A DNA stretch of 64,000 nt from Acidimicrobiia bacterium. GTDB lineage: Bacteria; Actinomycetota; Acidimicrobiia; IMCC26256; JAENVU01. Position 1 is the first letter of the stretch; each line of letters starts with the position of its first letter. Below the pieces are notes generated by a model. That model made no database searches and was not told the DNA's origin. It worked only from the letters and a program-made list of their open reading frames with translations. Positions 9,999 through 19,656 of this stretch are shown here, in pieces. A program made the translations under genes and the position numbers. The stretch lies in contig JANPBJ010000149.1 in NCBI GenBank assembly GCA_031430375.1, positions 16,776-80,775 of the forward strand, read 5' to 3'.

Positions 9999-11597
9999 TT
10001 ATGCCTGTTCCGTCGCAATGGCTTTGGCCCAGCGGTAGTCGGCCTTGCCCGACGGCGAGCGCACAATCTCATCGACGAGGTGCACTTCCTTCGGAACTTT
10101 GTAACCGGCGATGGAAGCACGGGCATGGTCCGCGAGGGATTGGACGGTGGGGGTGGTCGTCCCCCGTGCCTTGACCACTGCGGCGACGCGCTCGCCCCAA
10201 CGCTCATCAGGCACGCCGACGACGACGACGTCGAACACATCGGGATGCGACTTCAACGCGAGCTCAACCTCTTCGGGGAAGATCTTCTCGCCACCGGAGT
10301 TGATGCTGACCGACCCGCGCCCGAGCAACGTGATCTGGCCGTCGTCCTCTACCCGGGCCATGTCACCGGGCATCACCCACCGCTCGCCGTTGAGCACTAC
10401 AAACGTGGCCGCGGTCTTGGCCTCGTCCTTGTAGTAGCCGAGCGGCATGTAGCCCTTGCGCGCCAGGTGTCCGATCACTCCCGCACCCGGCACGAGCGGC
10501 ACACCCTGATCGTCGATCACCATGGTGTGGTCACCCATCGTGAAGCGCGGCTTGCCTTCGGCGTCCGAGCTGGACACCGAACCCTGGAAGCCGGTCTCTG
10601 ACGCACCGAGTGAATCCACGATCATCACGTTGGGGAGCACTTCACCGATCTTCTGTTTCACCGCGGGCGACAGAATCGCACCGCCGGACCCGATGACGAA
10701 GAACTTCGAGAGGTCGTACTCCACGCCTCCATCTTCGAGGGCCTCGATCAACGGTCGGGCCATCGCGTCGCCGACCAAGCTGATCGTCATCACGTCTTCT
10801 CGCACCACCGTGCGCCAGACCTCGTGCGGGTCCATCTTCTTCTGCGCGCTCAGCACCAACGTGTTGCCCTGGAGCAACAACATGAGCGCGACCCATTGGG
10901 CGGCTCCATGCATCAACGGCGCGATCGGGAACCCCACCAGCGTGCCGCCGTTTCGCGCCACCTCCACCACGGCATCAGGCGAGTCGAACACTCCGCCGCC
11001 GTTCATCAGGGCGCCGATCGTGGAGTGGAAGAAATCTTCCTGGCGCCACATCACACCCTTGGGCATTCCCGTGGTGCCGCCGGTGTAGAGCATGTAGAGG
11101 TCGTCACCGCTGCGCGGCAATGCGTACCGGTCCGGCGAGGCCGCCGAGAGCACGTGTTCGTACTCCACTGCTCCAATCGCGTCCAGGTCCTCATCCGTTC
11201 CGTCCTCGATCGACACGAAGGTCGTGAGTTTCGGAGCTTGATCGCGCACCGCCGCAATACGCGGGATGAACTCGCGACCGTGGACCAGCGCCACCAGATC
11301 CGCGTTGTCGAACAGGTACGCGAGTTCGGCCTCCACGTAGCGGTAGTTCACGTTGATCGGAACCGCACGGGCCTTCCACGCGCCGAACATCGCCTCGACC
11401 CATTCGACTCCGTTATAGGCATAGATGCCGACGTGGTCACCGACCTTGACGCCCGAGGCAATGAGATGGTTCGCGAGACGTGACGCGCGCTCGTCGAGTT
11501 CTGAAAACGTGAGGCGACGATCGCCACACACCACCGCGGTGCGATCTGGCACTGTGCTGGCGACCGCTTCGAACAAGTCGGCGAAGTTCCATTCCAT
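9999..11597 (-). CDS. AMP-forming acyl-CoA synthetase (FadD-type)
   Basis: 532 aa. Motifs: LYTGGTTGMPKGV (AMP-binding P-loop), GYYKDEAKT, GDMARVEDDGQITLLGRGS, SPSGKADYRW. Confidence 0.9.
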   Translation of the reverse strand: MEWNFADLFEAVASTVPDRTAVVCGDRRLTFSELDERASRLANHLIASGVKVGDHVGIYAYNGVEWVEAMFGAWKARAVPINVNYRYVEAELAYLFDNADLVALVHGREFIPRIAAVRDQAPKLTTFVSIEDGTDEDLDAIGAVEYEHVLSAASPDRYALPRSGDDLYMLYTGGTTGMPKGVMWRQEDFFHSTIGALMNGGGVFDSPDAVVEVARNGGTLVGFPIAPLMHGAAQWVALMLLLQGNTLVLSAQKKMDPHEVWRTVVREDVMTISLVGDAMARPLIEALEDGGVEYDLSKFFVIGSGGAILSPAVKQKIGEVLPNVMIVDSLGASETGFQGSVSSSDAEGKPRFTMGDHTMVIDDQGVPLVPGAGVIGHLARKGYMPLGYYKDEAKTAATFVVLNGERWVMPGDMARVEDDGQITLLGRGSVSINSGGEKIFPEEVELALKSHPDVFDVVVVGVPDERWGERVAAVVKARGTTTPTVQSLADHARASIAGYKVPKEVHLVDEIVRSPSGKADYRWAKAIATEQA

Positions 11598-11600
11598 TGA

Positions 11601-12800
11601 CTATTTCCTCACAATCACGCAGCTGCCATGACCGAACAGGCCCTGGTTTACCGTGAGCCCGACTCGGGCCCCTTCAACTTGTCGGGCGCCCGCCTCACCG
11701 CGGACCTGCCAGGCCAGTTCGCACACTTGGGCGATGGCCTGGGCCGGTACCGCTTCGCCGAAACACGCGAGTCCGCCGCTCGCATTCACCGGGATCCGCC
11801 CACCAATGGTGGTGTCGCCGTCACGCACCAGCCGTTCCGCCTCACCGGGCTTGCACAGCCCGATGTTCTCGTACCAGTCGAGTTCGAGCGCGGTCGAAAG
11901 GTCATACACCTCGGCGAGGTCGAGATCCTCAGGTCCGATCCCGGCCTGTTCGTAGGCGGCGTACGCAATCGAGTCGCGAAAGCCGCGCTCGGGAGGCGTG
12001 ACACCGAACGCAGAGTCGGTGGCGAAGTTCGGCATGTCGATCAGGGTGTTCGGGTAGCTCGGCGTCACGGTACTGACCCCTGCGACGCGCACCGGGTCGC
12101 TGATGCCGTGCGCCTTGGCGTAATCCATCGAACACACGATGAGCGCAGCCGCACCATCCGAGGTTGCGCAAATCTCGAGGAGGCGTAGCGGATCCGAGAC
12201 AATCGGCGACGCGGCCACATCTTCGAGCGTCACTTCCTTGCGGAACCGCGCGTAGGGGTTCTCGAACCCGTGACGCGCATTCTTGACCTTCACCGCGGCG
12301 AAGTCCTCCTGGGTTGCCCCGTGGAGTTCCATTCTCCGCCGTGCGTACATCCCGAAATAGGTGGGGTTCGTTGCACCGAGAAGACGGAATCGCAACCAAT
12401 CCGGATCGTCACCGCGCTCCCCCGCGTTGGGCGCGAGGAAACCCTTCGGCGTGGTGTCGGCACCAACCACCAACGCCACATCGACCATGCCCGCAAGAAT
12501 CTGGGCGCGGGCCGCGTTCAGCGCGGTCGCTCCGCTCGCACACGCGGCGTACGACGACGAGACCGAGGCGCCCTGCCATCCCAACGCCTGCGCGAACGTG
12601 GCGCCCGCGACGTATCCGGGATACCCGTTACGCATCGTGTCGGCGCCACACACCAGCTGCACGTCGCGCCAGTCGACGTTGGCATCGGCAAGCGCAGCAC
12701 GAGCCGCGACCACGCCGTACTCCACGAAGTTTTTGCCCCATTTTCCCCAGGGATGCATCCCCACTCCGAGGACTGCGATGTCGCGCGCGTTCTCGCTCAT
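11601..12800 (-). CDS. SCP-x/lipid-transfer-protein-type thiolase-like protein
   Basis: Track ORF 11601..12818. The likely start is ATG 12800 (MSENARDIAVLGVGMHPWGKW), which overlaps the upstream stop as ATGA. Thiolase-fold residues SSYAACASGATAL and NASGGLACFGEAV. Confidence 0.85.
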   Translation of the reverse strand: MSENARDIAVLGVGMHPWGKWGKNFVEYGVVAARAALADANVDWRDVQLVCGADTMRNGYPGYVAGATFAQALGWQGASVSSSYAACASGATALNAARAQILAGMVDVALVVGADTTPKGFLAPNAGERGDDPDWLRFRLLGATNPTYFGMYARRRMELHGATQEDFAAVKVKNARHGFENPYARFRKEVTLEDVAASPIVSDPLRLLEICATSDGAAALIVCSMDYAKAHGISDPVRVAGVSTVTPSYPNTLIDMPNFATDSAFGVTPPERGFRDSIAYAAYEQAGIGPEDLDLAEVYDLSTALELDWYENIGLCKPGEAERLVRDGDTTIGGRIPVNASGGLACFGEAVPAQAIAQVCELAWQVRGEAGARQVEGARVGLTVNQGLFGHGSCVIVRK

Positions 12801-13225
12801 GCGCTCACCGGCTTCCATTGCCAGATCACGAACTCACTGTCGTCGTCTTCGAAGAGGGTGCCCAGCGTGAGTTCAACTTCGGTCCCCACGGTGAGAGAAG
12901 CGGGGTCGAACTCGGGTGCCAGCGGCCCGAGCACCACCATCTGCTCGTCGGCGAGCTCGACCGCCACCACGGTGTACGGCACAAACGGGTCCGCGGCTAC
13001 ATACGGGGCGGGGGGTTGATAGTGGTTGGTAGTCCATGACCAGACCCGACCACGCCGGGAGAGCTCAACCTCCTCGAGTTCTTCGGTGGGCGCGGCAGGA
13101 TTGCGCGAGAAGGCCAGGTTCTTCGGGAAGAAGAAACTGCCGGTCTCCGCACCCCGACTCGCGAGCAGTGCGGGCTCGTCGCCGAGGGTGAACCAGCCAT
13201 CAACGGCGGCAACTCGGGTCTTCAT
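12797..13225 (-). CDS. DUF35 OB-fold protein (partner of SCP-x thiolase), Zn-ribbon cysteines absent
   Basis: 142 aa with the typical RGRVWSWTTNHY...YTVVAVELADE OB-fold core. The whole protein contains no Cys, so the usual CxxC...CxxC ribbon is degenerate. Confidence 0.75.
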   Translation of the reverse strand: MKTRVAAVDGWFTLGDEPALLASRGAETGSFFFPKNLAFSRNPAAPTEELEEVELSRRGRVWSWTTNHYQPPAPYVAADPFVPYTVVAVELADEQMVVLGPLAPEFDPASLTVGTEVELTLGTLFEDDDSEFVIWQWKPVSA

Positions 13226-13468
13226 GGCGGGGCAGCCTACAGAGCCAATCCCCGGAATCGTTCGGTCGGGGCGGTCGCCTCCGACGCGGCAATCACGGGC
13301 CCCAACTCGGCGGCGATCTGGCGGACCTACGCCAGGTACTTGGCGTTGATCCCCGTCTTCACCTCGAAGGGTTGTGTGGATTTTGTTGTCGGGATGTCGT
13401 GCAAACCTGACACGGGCGTCATACGATGCGCGAGCGGCGCCGGGGGGCCCGCACCAGGGGGTCGAAGC

Positions 13469-15064
13469 ATGAAGGTACGACGTCAGACAACGTTGCGGAC
13501 CGCGATCGTCGCCGGTATCGCGATCGGGACCGCGGTCCTGACCGGCTGCACTGGAGCCGATAGCAGCGGCGGGGGTGGTGACAACCTCCGCTATGGGTAC
13601 GACCTGGAGACCCAGTTCACCAACACCTTCGACCCGGGTGGGAAGAACGGGTCGACCGGTGATTGCGACACGATCGTGACGTCGTTCATCTACGACGGCC
13701 TACTGCGGCGCGACCAGGCAACCGGCGAGTCGATCCCCGGCATCGCGACGAGTTGGGAGGTGACCGGCGACGAGAAGCGCTCGATCACGTTCCACCTGCG
13801 TAACGACGTCGAGTTCTCCGACGGCGAGAAGCTCGATGCGGCTGCGGTGAAAGCGAGCTTGGATCACAACAACGAGAACGACCAACTTTCGGGGCTCGAC
13901 CACATCGACAATGTCGAGGTCGTGGATTCAACGACGGTCACGGTCAACCTCAAGGACGACCAGTCGACGCCGTTCATCTACAACATGGGCGCCGGGCGCG
14001 ACGGTCAGATCCTGTCGCCGAAGTCACTCAAGACCGCGGCCAAGAAGCCGGTGGGGTCGGGACCGTTCATGCTCGAGAGCTTCACGCCCGGCCAGGGCAT
14101 GGTGCTGGTCAAGAACCCGAAGTACTGGGACACCCAGAGCTATGACTTCCCCGGCATCGAGTTCGTGCAGGCCGGTACCGGACCGCCGGCAGTCCTGCGG
14201 TTCAAGGCCGGCGACCTCGATCTCGTGCGGTTCGAAGCCGAATCGCTGCCAGTCCTGCGCAAGGATGCCAACGCCAATGTGGTGATCAAGGCCACCGAGG
14301 CGTACCTCCAGTTTCAATTCCGGCTCGGCTACAACGACGGACGGACCACCCCGTTCGCGAATCCGCTCGTCCGTAAGGCGGTGCGGTTCGCGATCGATCC
14401 GAAGAAGATCAACGATCTCGTGCAACTCGGTGAAGGCGCGATCGCCACCCAGGCTCTTCCCGAGGAGTCGCCCGGTTACAACGGCGACATCGCAGATGAC
14501 TACGCCTATGACCCGGACGAGGCGAAGCGGTTGCTGACCGAGGCCGGTTACCCGGACGGGTTCGAGTTCACGATGGTGATCCCCGGTCCGGGCATCGAGA
14601 ACATGAACCGACAGGGCGAGCTCCTGCAAAACATGCTCGCGGATGTCGGGATTACCGCGAAGATCGTTCCGGTGCAAGGCAACGACATCGCGACCAACTA
14701 CTACATCAGCGGTGGCGGCGACGCGTTTGCCGCCGCGCGGTTGGCATCGAGCTTTTACCCCGGCGCGTACTTCGACCAGTTCGGCAAGTTCCAGTTCGTT
14801 CCAATCTGGAACAAGGCGCAGCGAGACGATATTGATGACCTCACGCTCCGAGCCCAGGGTTCGAAGGACCCCGCGGAGACTGCCCGGTTGACCCAGGAGG
14901 CGGCCAAGATCGTGAGCGACGAGGCGCTCGAAGTGCCGATCGCGTTCATGCCGCAGTTCCTCGCCACGGCGAAGGATCGCGTCGGTGGGGTCGTCGGCGG
15001 TCAGCGCAACATTTGTGACCCGCCCGATCTCTCGGGCTTGAAGATGAAGGCCGGGAAGACTTAG
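13469..15064 (+). CDS. ABC transporter substrate-binding lipoprotein, family 5 (peptide/nickel type)
   Basis: Track ORF 13340..15064. The likely start is ATG 13469 (MKVRRQTTLRTAIVAGIAIGTAVLTGCTG, lipobox LTGC) with AGGGGG 8 nt upstream. SBP_bac_5-like body. Confidence 0.85.
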   Translation: MKVRRQTTLRTAIVAGIAIGTAVLTGCTGADSSGGGGDNLRYGYDLETQFTNTFDPGGKNGSTGDCDTIVTSFIYDGLLRRDQATGESIPGIATSWEVTGDEKRSITFHLRNDVEFSDGEKLDAAAVKASLDHNNENDQLSGLDHIDNVEVVDSTTVTVNLKDDQSTPFIYNMGAGRDGQILSPKSLKTAAKKPVGSGPFMLESFTPGQGMVLVKNPKYWDTQSYDFPGIEFVQAGTGPPAVLRFKAGDLDLVRFEAESLPVLRKDANANVVIKATEAYLQFQFRLGYNDGRTTPFANPLVRKAVRFAIDPKKINDLVQLGEGAIATQALPEESPGYNGDIADDYAYDPDEAKRLLTEAGYPDGFEFTMVIPGPGIENMNRQGELLQNMLADVGITAKIVPVQGNDIATNYYISGGGDAFAAARLASSFYPGAYFDQFGKFQFVPIWNKAQRDDIDDLTLRAQGSKDPAETARLTQEAAKIVSDEALEVPIAFMPQFLATAKDRVGGVVGGQRNICDPPDLSGLKMKAGKT

Positions 15065-15095
15065 GTCTCGGTCTAGGTCGAGGAGCGCAGGAACA

Positions 15096-16043
15096 GTGGG
15101 GGCCTATGTAGCGCGCAGGCTCGGCGCTCTGGTCCCGCTGCTCGTCATCATCTCGTTCATTGTCTTCTCGCTCTCGCAACTGTTGCCCGGAGATCCGGCG
15201 ATCGTGCTCGCCGGTGGACAGAAGGCCACCCCGGAGGGCATCGCGCGCGCCCGCGAGAAGCTGCACCTGGACGAATCGTTCGTCGAGCAATACATCATCT
15301 GGCTCGGCGACACCGCGCAGGGTGATCTCGGTGAATCGTTCTTCGACCACCGTACCGTGGCGGAGTCCATCTCGAGTCGGTTTCCGGTCACGCTGTCCCT
15401 TGCGCTCGGTGCCTTGTTCTTGACGGTCCTCATCGGGGTTCCGCTCGGCATCCTGGCCGCGGTACGCCAAGGCGGCATCGTCGACCGACTCATCACCATG
15501 GTGTCGAGTGTCGCGCTCGCGATGCCGGACTTCTGGTTGGGAATGATCCTGATCTCGCTGTTTGCCGTGACCTTCCGGGTGCTGCCGTCGGGCGGCTATG
15601 AGGGACTGTTGAGCTCTCCAGCCGGGTGGGCCACCCACCTCTACCTGCCCTGGATCGCGATGGGTATCCCCGGCGGAGCGGGCCTGGCTCGCCAGGTCCG
15701 GGGCGCGATGATCGACGCGTTGGAACAGGACTACATCCGCACGGCCGAGTCCAAGGGGTTGCGACGGCGGGTGGTGGTGTTCAAGCACGCATTGAAGAAC
15801 GCGTCCCTCGCGCCGGTGACGGTTCTAGGTATCGGCTTTGCCTACATGCTCGGCGGCTCCGTGATCATCGAACGCATTTTCACGTTGCCCGGCATGGGCC
15901 AGTACTTCTTCATCGCGCTGTTCAAGAAGGACCTCCCCGTGATCCAAGGGGTCGTCCTCCTCAGCGCGTTGATCTTCGTCGTCCTCAATCTCGTCGTGGA
16001 TGTCCTGTACGCCTACCTCAACCCGAAGGTCAGGTTGGGATGA
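15096..16043 (+). CDS. ABC transporter permease (DppB/OppB-like)
   Basis: 315 aa, multi-TM, with the EAA-type loop YIRTAESKGLRRRVVVFKHALKNA. Confidence 0.9.
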   Translation: MGAYVARRLGALVPLLVIISFIVFSLSQLLPGDPAIVLAGGQKATPEGIARAREKLHLDESFVEQYIIWLGDTAQGDLGESFFDHRTVAESISSRFPVTLSLALGALFLTVLIGVPLGILAAVRQGGIVDRLITMVSSVALAMPDFWLGMILISLFAVTFRVLPSGGYEGLLSSPAGWATHLYLPWIAMGIPGGAGLARQVRGAMIDALEQDYIRTAESKGLRRRVVVFKHALKNASLAPVTVLGIGFAYMLGGSVIIERIFTLPGMGQYFFIALFKKDLPVIQGVVLLSALIFVVLNLVVDVLYAYLNPKVRLG

Positions 16044-16933
16044 CGGACGCAGCGCTGGAGCCCGACAAGCAGCTGGATGCGACCGGGCCCTCCCCGTGGG
16101 GCCGTGTCCTACGGCGCTTCGTGCGGAGCGGTCCGGCGATGACCGGGCTCGTGATCGTGGTGCTGCTGGTCTTGACGGCCCTGTTCGCGTCCGTGCTGGC
16201 GCCTTACGGTCAGGGCCCGGACTTCGAACCCGATCTCGGTCCAACGGCCAAGCATTGGCTCGGGACGAACAGCATCGGCCGGGACCTGCTGACGCGGCTG
16301 ATCTATGGCGCCCAGTCGTCGATGTTCGTCGCGTTCTTGGTCGTCACGATCGCAACGTCGATCGCGCTGGTGCTCGGATTGGTATCCGGCTATTTCGGCG
16401 GCTGGGTCGGCGCGGTCATTGACCGGTGTATGGACGCGCTGTTCACCTTCCCGCCGTTAACCCTCGCCCTGGCGATCGCCGCGCTGCTCGGCCCGAGCCT
16501 CACCAACGCGTCGCTTGCGATCGCGGTGGTCTTCGTCCCGGGGCTGATGCGGGTCATTCGTTCTCAAGTCCTGGCGGTTCGGGAGGAGTCGTTCATCGAG
16601 GCGGCTCGTTCGGTGGGGGCCAAGGATGCTCGGATGCTGCGCAAGCATGTACTGCCGAATGTGGTCTCTCCTGTGATCGTGCAGGCCGCGCTGGCCTTCG
16701 GGTACGCCATCAGCGCCGAGGCCGGCCTCTCGTTTCTCGGTTTGGGCGTGACCCAACCGACATCGAGCTGGGGCGTGATGTTGGCAGAGGCCTACGCCAA
16801 GATCCTCGAGTCCCAGTGGCTCCTGGTGCCTCCGGCGTTCGCGATTCTGTTGGCGATCCTCGCGTTCAACCTGGTGGGCGACGGCCTCCGCGACGCCCTC
16901 GGCCGTGAAGCCATCGCCGTGGAAGGACCGTGA
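16040..16933 (+). CDS. ABC transporter permease (DppC/OppC-like)
   Basis: 3' part of track ORF 15626..16933. ATG 16040 overlaps the upstream stop (ATGA). Sequence: MTDAALEPDKQLD...FIEAARSVGAKDARMLRKHVLPN. Confidence 0.9.
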   Translation: MTDAALEPDKQLDATGPSPWGRVLRRFVRSGPAMTGLVIVVLLVLTALFASVLAPYGQGPDFEPDLGPTAKHWLGTNSIGRDLLTRLIYGAQSSMFVAFLVVTIATSIALVLGLVSGYFGGWVGAVIDRCMDALFTFPPLTLALAIAALLGPSLTNASLAIAVVFVPGLMRVIRSQVLAVREESFIEAARSVGAKDARMLRKHVLPNVVSPVIVQAALAFGYAISAEAGLSFLGLGVTQPTSSWGVMLAEAYAKILESQWLLVPPAFAILLAILAFNLVGDGLRDALGREAIAVEGP

Positions 16934-19050
16934 CCGTGAGCGCGAGCGAGGTGCCGCTGCTAGAGGTCGTGGATCTCACAGTTGAGTTCGGTACCTCGGC
17001 TGGCACGGTGCGTGTCGTCGATGGTGTGAGCTTCGCGGTCAATCGCGGTCAGACCCTCGGTCTCGTCGGTGAGAGTGGTTGCGGGAAGAGCGTCTCCTCC
17101 CTCGCAGTCATGGGACTGATCCCGCGGCGGAACGCTCGCGTCCGTGCAACTACGCTCCGGTTAGGCGACCATGACCTCCGGACCATCGGCCACGCAGAGC
17201 TCCGCGCACTACGGGGTCCCGAGATGGCAATGATTTTCCAGGAACCGATGACGAGCCTGAACCCGGCGTTCACCGTCGGCAATCAGATCGCCGAGACGGT
17301 ACGCGCCCACCAGCGCGTCGGACGTTCGGCCGCCAATGCCAAGGCCGTGGAGATGCTCGACCGCGTAGGGATTCCCGATCCACACCGGCGGGTCAAGGAC
17401 TATCCGCACGCGTTCTCGGGAGGGATGCGGCAGCGGGCAATGATCGCGATGGCGCTGGCCAACGATCCGAAGTTGCTGATCGCGGATGAACCCACCACTG
17501 CGCTCGACGTCACGATCCAGGCTCAGATCCTCGAGCTGCTCCGGACCCTGCAACACGAGACCGGCATGGCGATCGTCTTCGTGACTCACGATCTCGGCGT
17601 GGTCGCCGACATCTGTGACCGGGTGGTGGTGATGTACGCGGGCCAGGTGGTGGAGGAGTCACCGCTCGACCCGCTGTACGCGTCACCCCGGCATCCGTAC
17701 TCCGCTGGGCTCCTGGCGTCGATGCCCCAAACCGCCTTGCCCGGCCAGCCGCTCACCGTCATTCGCGGTCAGGTCCCGAGCCCGCAGGATTGGCCCCATG
17801 GATGCCGGTTCGCCGAGCGTTGCGACCATTCCGAGCCTCGTTGTGTGGAGGATCCGGTGGCATGGACCGCAATGGCCGACGCCGGAGTCCGTTGCGCGCG
17901 CGCGGAGTCCATCACACTCGTTGGCACGGCCGAGCTCGGCGGATCGCGAACGAATTCGGCGCGTGGAGATTCGGCTCGGGGGGATTCGGCCGGTGTGGAT
18001 CCGGCTCGTGCGCCCGCGGATGCACTGGTCTCGGTCGTCGGTCTCGCCAAGGCGTTTCCGGTGCGCAGCGCGTTGTTGCGACGTCAGCTCGGCCTTGTGC
18101 GTGCCGTCGACGGTGTGGACTTCGAGATCGCCGCCGGGGAGACGCTGGGATTGGTCGGCGAGTCGGGGTCGGGCAAGTCCACGGTGGCGCGGCTCGTGTT
18201 GCGGTTGATCGAGCCGAGTGCAGGAAGGGTCTTGGTGGCCGGACTGGATGTCACGGCGCTCGCAAAGGGGCCCTTACGTAACGCACGCGGCGAGATGCAG
18301 ATGGTGTTTCAAGACCCCTACTCGTCACTCGATCCGCGCCAGACCATCGCCGAGGCGATCGGGGAGCCGATCGAAGTTCACCGCGGTGTGAAGGGCCGCG
18401 TGCGTGACCAACGCGTCACCGAGTTGCTTGCGCACGTGGGAATCGGCGCCGACGCCCTCCGCCGGTATGCGTACGAGTTCTCGGGCGGGCAACGTCAGCG
18501 CATCGCGATCGCTCGCGCGCTCGCCCTGGACCCGAAGCTCGTGGTGCTGGACGAACCGGTCTCATCCCTCGATGTGTCGACCCAATCGCAGGTGATCAAC
18601 CTACTCATCGATCTTCAGGATCGGCTCGGTCTCACGTATCTGTTCATCGCGCACGATCTTTCGGTCGTCCGCCATATCTCGGATCGCATCGCGGTGATGT
18701 ACCTCGGCCGTATCGTCGAGCAGGGACCGGCGGAAGAGGTCTATACCCGCCCGCGCCACCCCTACACCGAGGCGTTGCTCTCCGCGATTCCGCTTCCGGA
18801 TCCCCACTATCAACGCAACCGGCCGCGTATTGTTCTGCACGGCGATGTGCCCAGTCCGCTTGCGCCACCTTCCGGCTGCCGGTTCCGAACTCGGTGCCAG
18901 TACGCGATGGACGTGTGTGCGCACGAAGATCCCCCGGCGTTCAGTGCGCCGGGAGGAACCACGGTGGCGTGCCACTTGCACACCACCGGTCCCCAACTCG
19001 CAGGCGAACCCGTCACCGGGCTGGCCGTCGGGACAGGGACGCCACGGTGA
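16930..19050 (+). CDS. fused double ABC ATPase (DppD-DppF fusion)
   Basis: 706 aa with a GTGA overlap. Two Walker A motifs ([16 protein letters not shown]), two signature motifs ([16 protein letters not shown]) and two oligopeptide C-terminal domains ([16 protein letters not shown]). Confidence 0.9.
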   Translation: MTVSASEVPLLEVVDLTVEFGTSAGTVRVVDGVSFAVNRGQTLGLVGESGCGKSVSSLAVMGLIPRRNARVRATTLRLGDHDLRTIGHAELRALRGPEMAMIFQEPMTSLNPAFTVGNQIAETVRAHQRVGRSAANAKAVEMLDRVGIPDPHRRVKDYPHAFSGGMRQRAMIAMALANDPKLLIADEPTTALDVTIQAQILELLRTLQHETGMAIVFVTHDLGVVADICDRVVVMYAGQVVEESPLDPLYASPRHPYSAGLLASMPQTALPGQPLTVIRGQVPSPQDWPHGCRFAERCDHSEPRCVEDPVAWTAMADAGVRCARAESITLVGTAELGGSRTNSARGDSARGDSAGVDPARAPADALVSVVGLAKAFPVRSALLRRQLGLVRAVDGVDFEIAAGETLGLVGESGSGKSTVARLVLRLIEPSAGRVLVAGLDVTALAKGPLRNARGEMQMVFQDPYSSLDPRQTIAEAIGEPIEVHRGVKGRVRDQRVTELLAHVGIGADALRRYAYEFSGGQRQRIAIARALALDPKLVVLDEPVSSLDVSTQSQVINLLIDLQDRLGLTYLFIAHDLSVVRHISDRIAVMYLGRIVEQGPAEEVYTRPRHPYTEALLSAIPLPDPHYQRNRPRIVLHGDVPSPLAPPSGCRFRTRCQYAMDVCAHEDPPAFSAPGGTTVACHLHTTGPQLAGEPVTGLAVGTGTPR
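17953..18012 (+). repeat. degenerate 15-bp in-frame tandem repeat (4 units) in the inter-ATPase linker
   Basis: Units aattcggcgcgtgga / gattcggctcggggg / gattcggccggtgtg / gatccggctcgtgcg, encoding [20 protein letters not shown]. Confidence 0.7.
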
Positions 19051-19082
19051 CATGCGACCACGGTCGCAGAATGGGGAGAGAC

Positions 19083-19562
19083 ATGACCAAGTGGATGCGA
19101 CTGGTTGCCTGCTCCGGCGCGCTCGTGCTGGTGCTCGCGGCCTGCGGTAGCGACGACAAGAAGACGGACACACCACCCAAGACTGATCCGCCGACCACGA
19201 CCACGGAAGCGAAGTCCACGCTCATCGCGACCGCGGAGCCGACAACAGACCTCGCGGCCGGGACGACGGTCACGGTGAAGGTCGCCGGGTTCACCGCGGG
19301 CAAGACACTCGGGATCAACGAGTGCGCCCAAGCCGGAGAGGCCGAAGTCGGCCAGGCCGACTGTGATATCGGCGCGATCAAGGTCCTGACAGTGGGTGCC
19401 GACGGGACCGGCGAGGGAACGATCGCGGTCTCGAAGGGACCGATCGGTCAGAACGCGCACCTGTGTGGAACGCCGGACGTCCGGTGCTTCCTCAGTGTGG
19501 GTGAGCTGATCGAGGGTGAGTCCGAACGCGCCGAGGACATCGATCTGACGTTCGCGCCGTAG
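19083..19562 (+). CDS. neocarzinostatin-family (apo-chromoprotein fold) lipoprotein
   Basis: 3' part of track ORF 18894..19562. ATG 19083 is preceded by GGGGAGAG. Lipobox LVLAAC. The body TVTVKVAGFTAGKTLGINECAQ...CDIG...ADGTGEG...LCGTPDVRCFLSVG...IDLTFA follows the four-Cys pattern of neocarzinostatin/macromomycin apoproteins, as I recall them. Confidence 0.6.
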   Translation: MTKWMRLVACSGALVLVLAACGSDDKKTDTPPKTDPPTTTTEAKSTLIATAEPTTDLAAGTTVTVKVAGFTAGKTLGINECAQAGEAEVGQADCDIGAIKVLTVGADGTGEGTIAVSKGPIGQNAHLCGTPDVRCFLSVGELIEGESERAEDIDLTFAP

Positions 19563-19656
19563 CCGGATTGGTCAGCTGAAGAGGGCGGCGTGGGTGACCC
19601 GTGCGAGCCACGTCGCGAGCGCGGTGTAAGCCAGGGTGTCCTAAAACTGAACGCGC

